Made by a program: the position numbers and the translations under genes. Below, piece after piece: positions 63,728-64,000 of a stretch of 64,000 nt of DNA (positions are counted from its first letter, which is position 1; the number at the start of each line of letters is the position of its first letter). The DNA comes from Syntrophobacteraceae bacterium (GTDB lineage: Bacteria; Desulfobacterota; Syntrophobacteria; Syntrophobacterales; Syntrophobacteraceae), in the NCBI GenBank assembly GCA_052143075.1, contig JBKQTS010000037.1, forward strand, positions 1,913 to 65,912, read 5' to 3'. Below the pieces are notes generated by a model. That model ran no database searches, was not told the origin of the DNA, and was given only the letters and a program-made list of their open reading frames with translations.

Positions 63728-64000
63728 TCATTCTTTCCGATTTAGAGGAAGGGTGAAGCTGAAGATGCTGCCTTCGCCCGGTTTGCTGCGAATGCCAATT
63801 TCGCCTCCGTGCGCCTCGACGATGTACTTGGAAATGCTCAGCCCAAGTCCGACTCCGTCAACCTCGTCCCGAACGCCGGATGCCCTGTAATACTTATGAA
63901 AGACAAGGGCTTGCTCGGCATCAGGAATCCCCGGCCCTCTGTCTGTGACCGAGAACACCAAGCGGGGGGCTTTCGCCGAGTCCTCTCGCCTTACAGAAAC
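63728..64000 (-). CDS. Sensor histidine kinase, C-terminal HATPase_c part (5' end runs off the window)
   Basis: …[26 protein letters not shown]…[37 protein letters not shown] shows the G1/G2 boxes. The reading frame stays open to position 64000. Confidence 0.85.
   Translation of the reverse strand, partial: VSVRREDSAKAPRLVFSVTDRGPGIPDAEQALVFHKYYRASGVRDEVDGVGLGLSISKYIVEAHGGEIGIRSKPGEGSIFSFTLPLNRKE

Overview
This 64-kb chromosomal window is gene-dense and moderately GC-rich. Its gene content suggests an anaerobic Desulfobacterota (deltaproteobacterium-like) genome; that placement is an inference, not a search result. The supporting genes are two sigma-54 enhancer-binding proteins, two B12-binding radical SAM enzymes, a 4-hydroxybutyryl-CoA-dehydratase-like gene, a GH57 glucan enzyme, an adjacent lysC-cimA pair, and PhaR with a phasin-like gene. 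All calls come from motif and architecture recognition by eye; no database search was run.

Housekeeping and metabolic genes: an EF-G paralogue, S21, RNase Z, TrmJ-like methyltransferase, aspartate kinase, citramalate synthase, alpha-glucan phosphorylase, GH57, HAD-IG 5'-nucleotidase, and a LarA-like / PEP-mutase-family / beta-hydroxyacid dehydrogenase cluster.

Accessory patches interrupt these:
(i) An excisionase-like relic with a duplicated ~140-bp segment (5.3-6.2 kb).
(ii) A hicBA pair, then an IS1595-type transposase, a small ORF and a DUF3800 gene (28.6-33.6 kb).
(iii) A compact large-serine-recombinase element carrying a ParB-like gene and a Zn-finger-like gene, probably also a Sel1-repeat gene (about 50.9-55.2 kb). 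It abuts the stop codon of a radical SAM gene.
(iv) At least three families of short GC-rich hairpin/MITE-like repeats, plus low-complexity motifs scattered through intergenic regions.

I recognised no rRNA, tRNA or CRISPR array.

I could not identify one unambiguous novel system. The best candidates are:
- a translationally coupled KaiC/RecA-like P-loop gene plus an unrecognisable coiled-coil gene (14.6-16.1 kb);
- the minimal serine-recombinase element;
- a GxxExxY gene enclosed by a perfect 18-bp inverted repeat;
- a 249-bp unit bounded by a perfect 24-bp inverted repeat at the transposase 3' end;
- a secreted FN3 protein with three copies of an unassigned internal module;
- a small Cys-containing ORF preceded by three 16-bp tandem repeats;
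- a PAS-CheW fusion.
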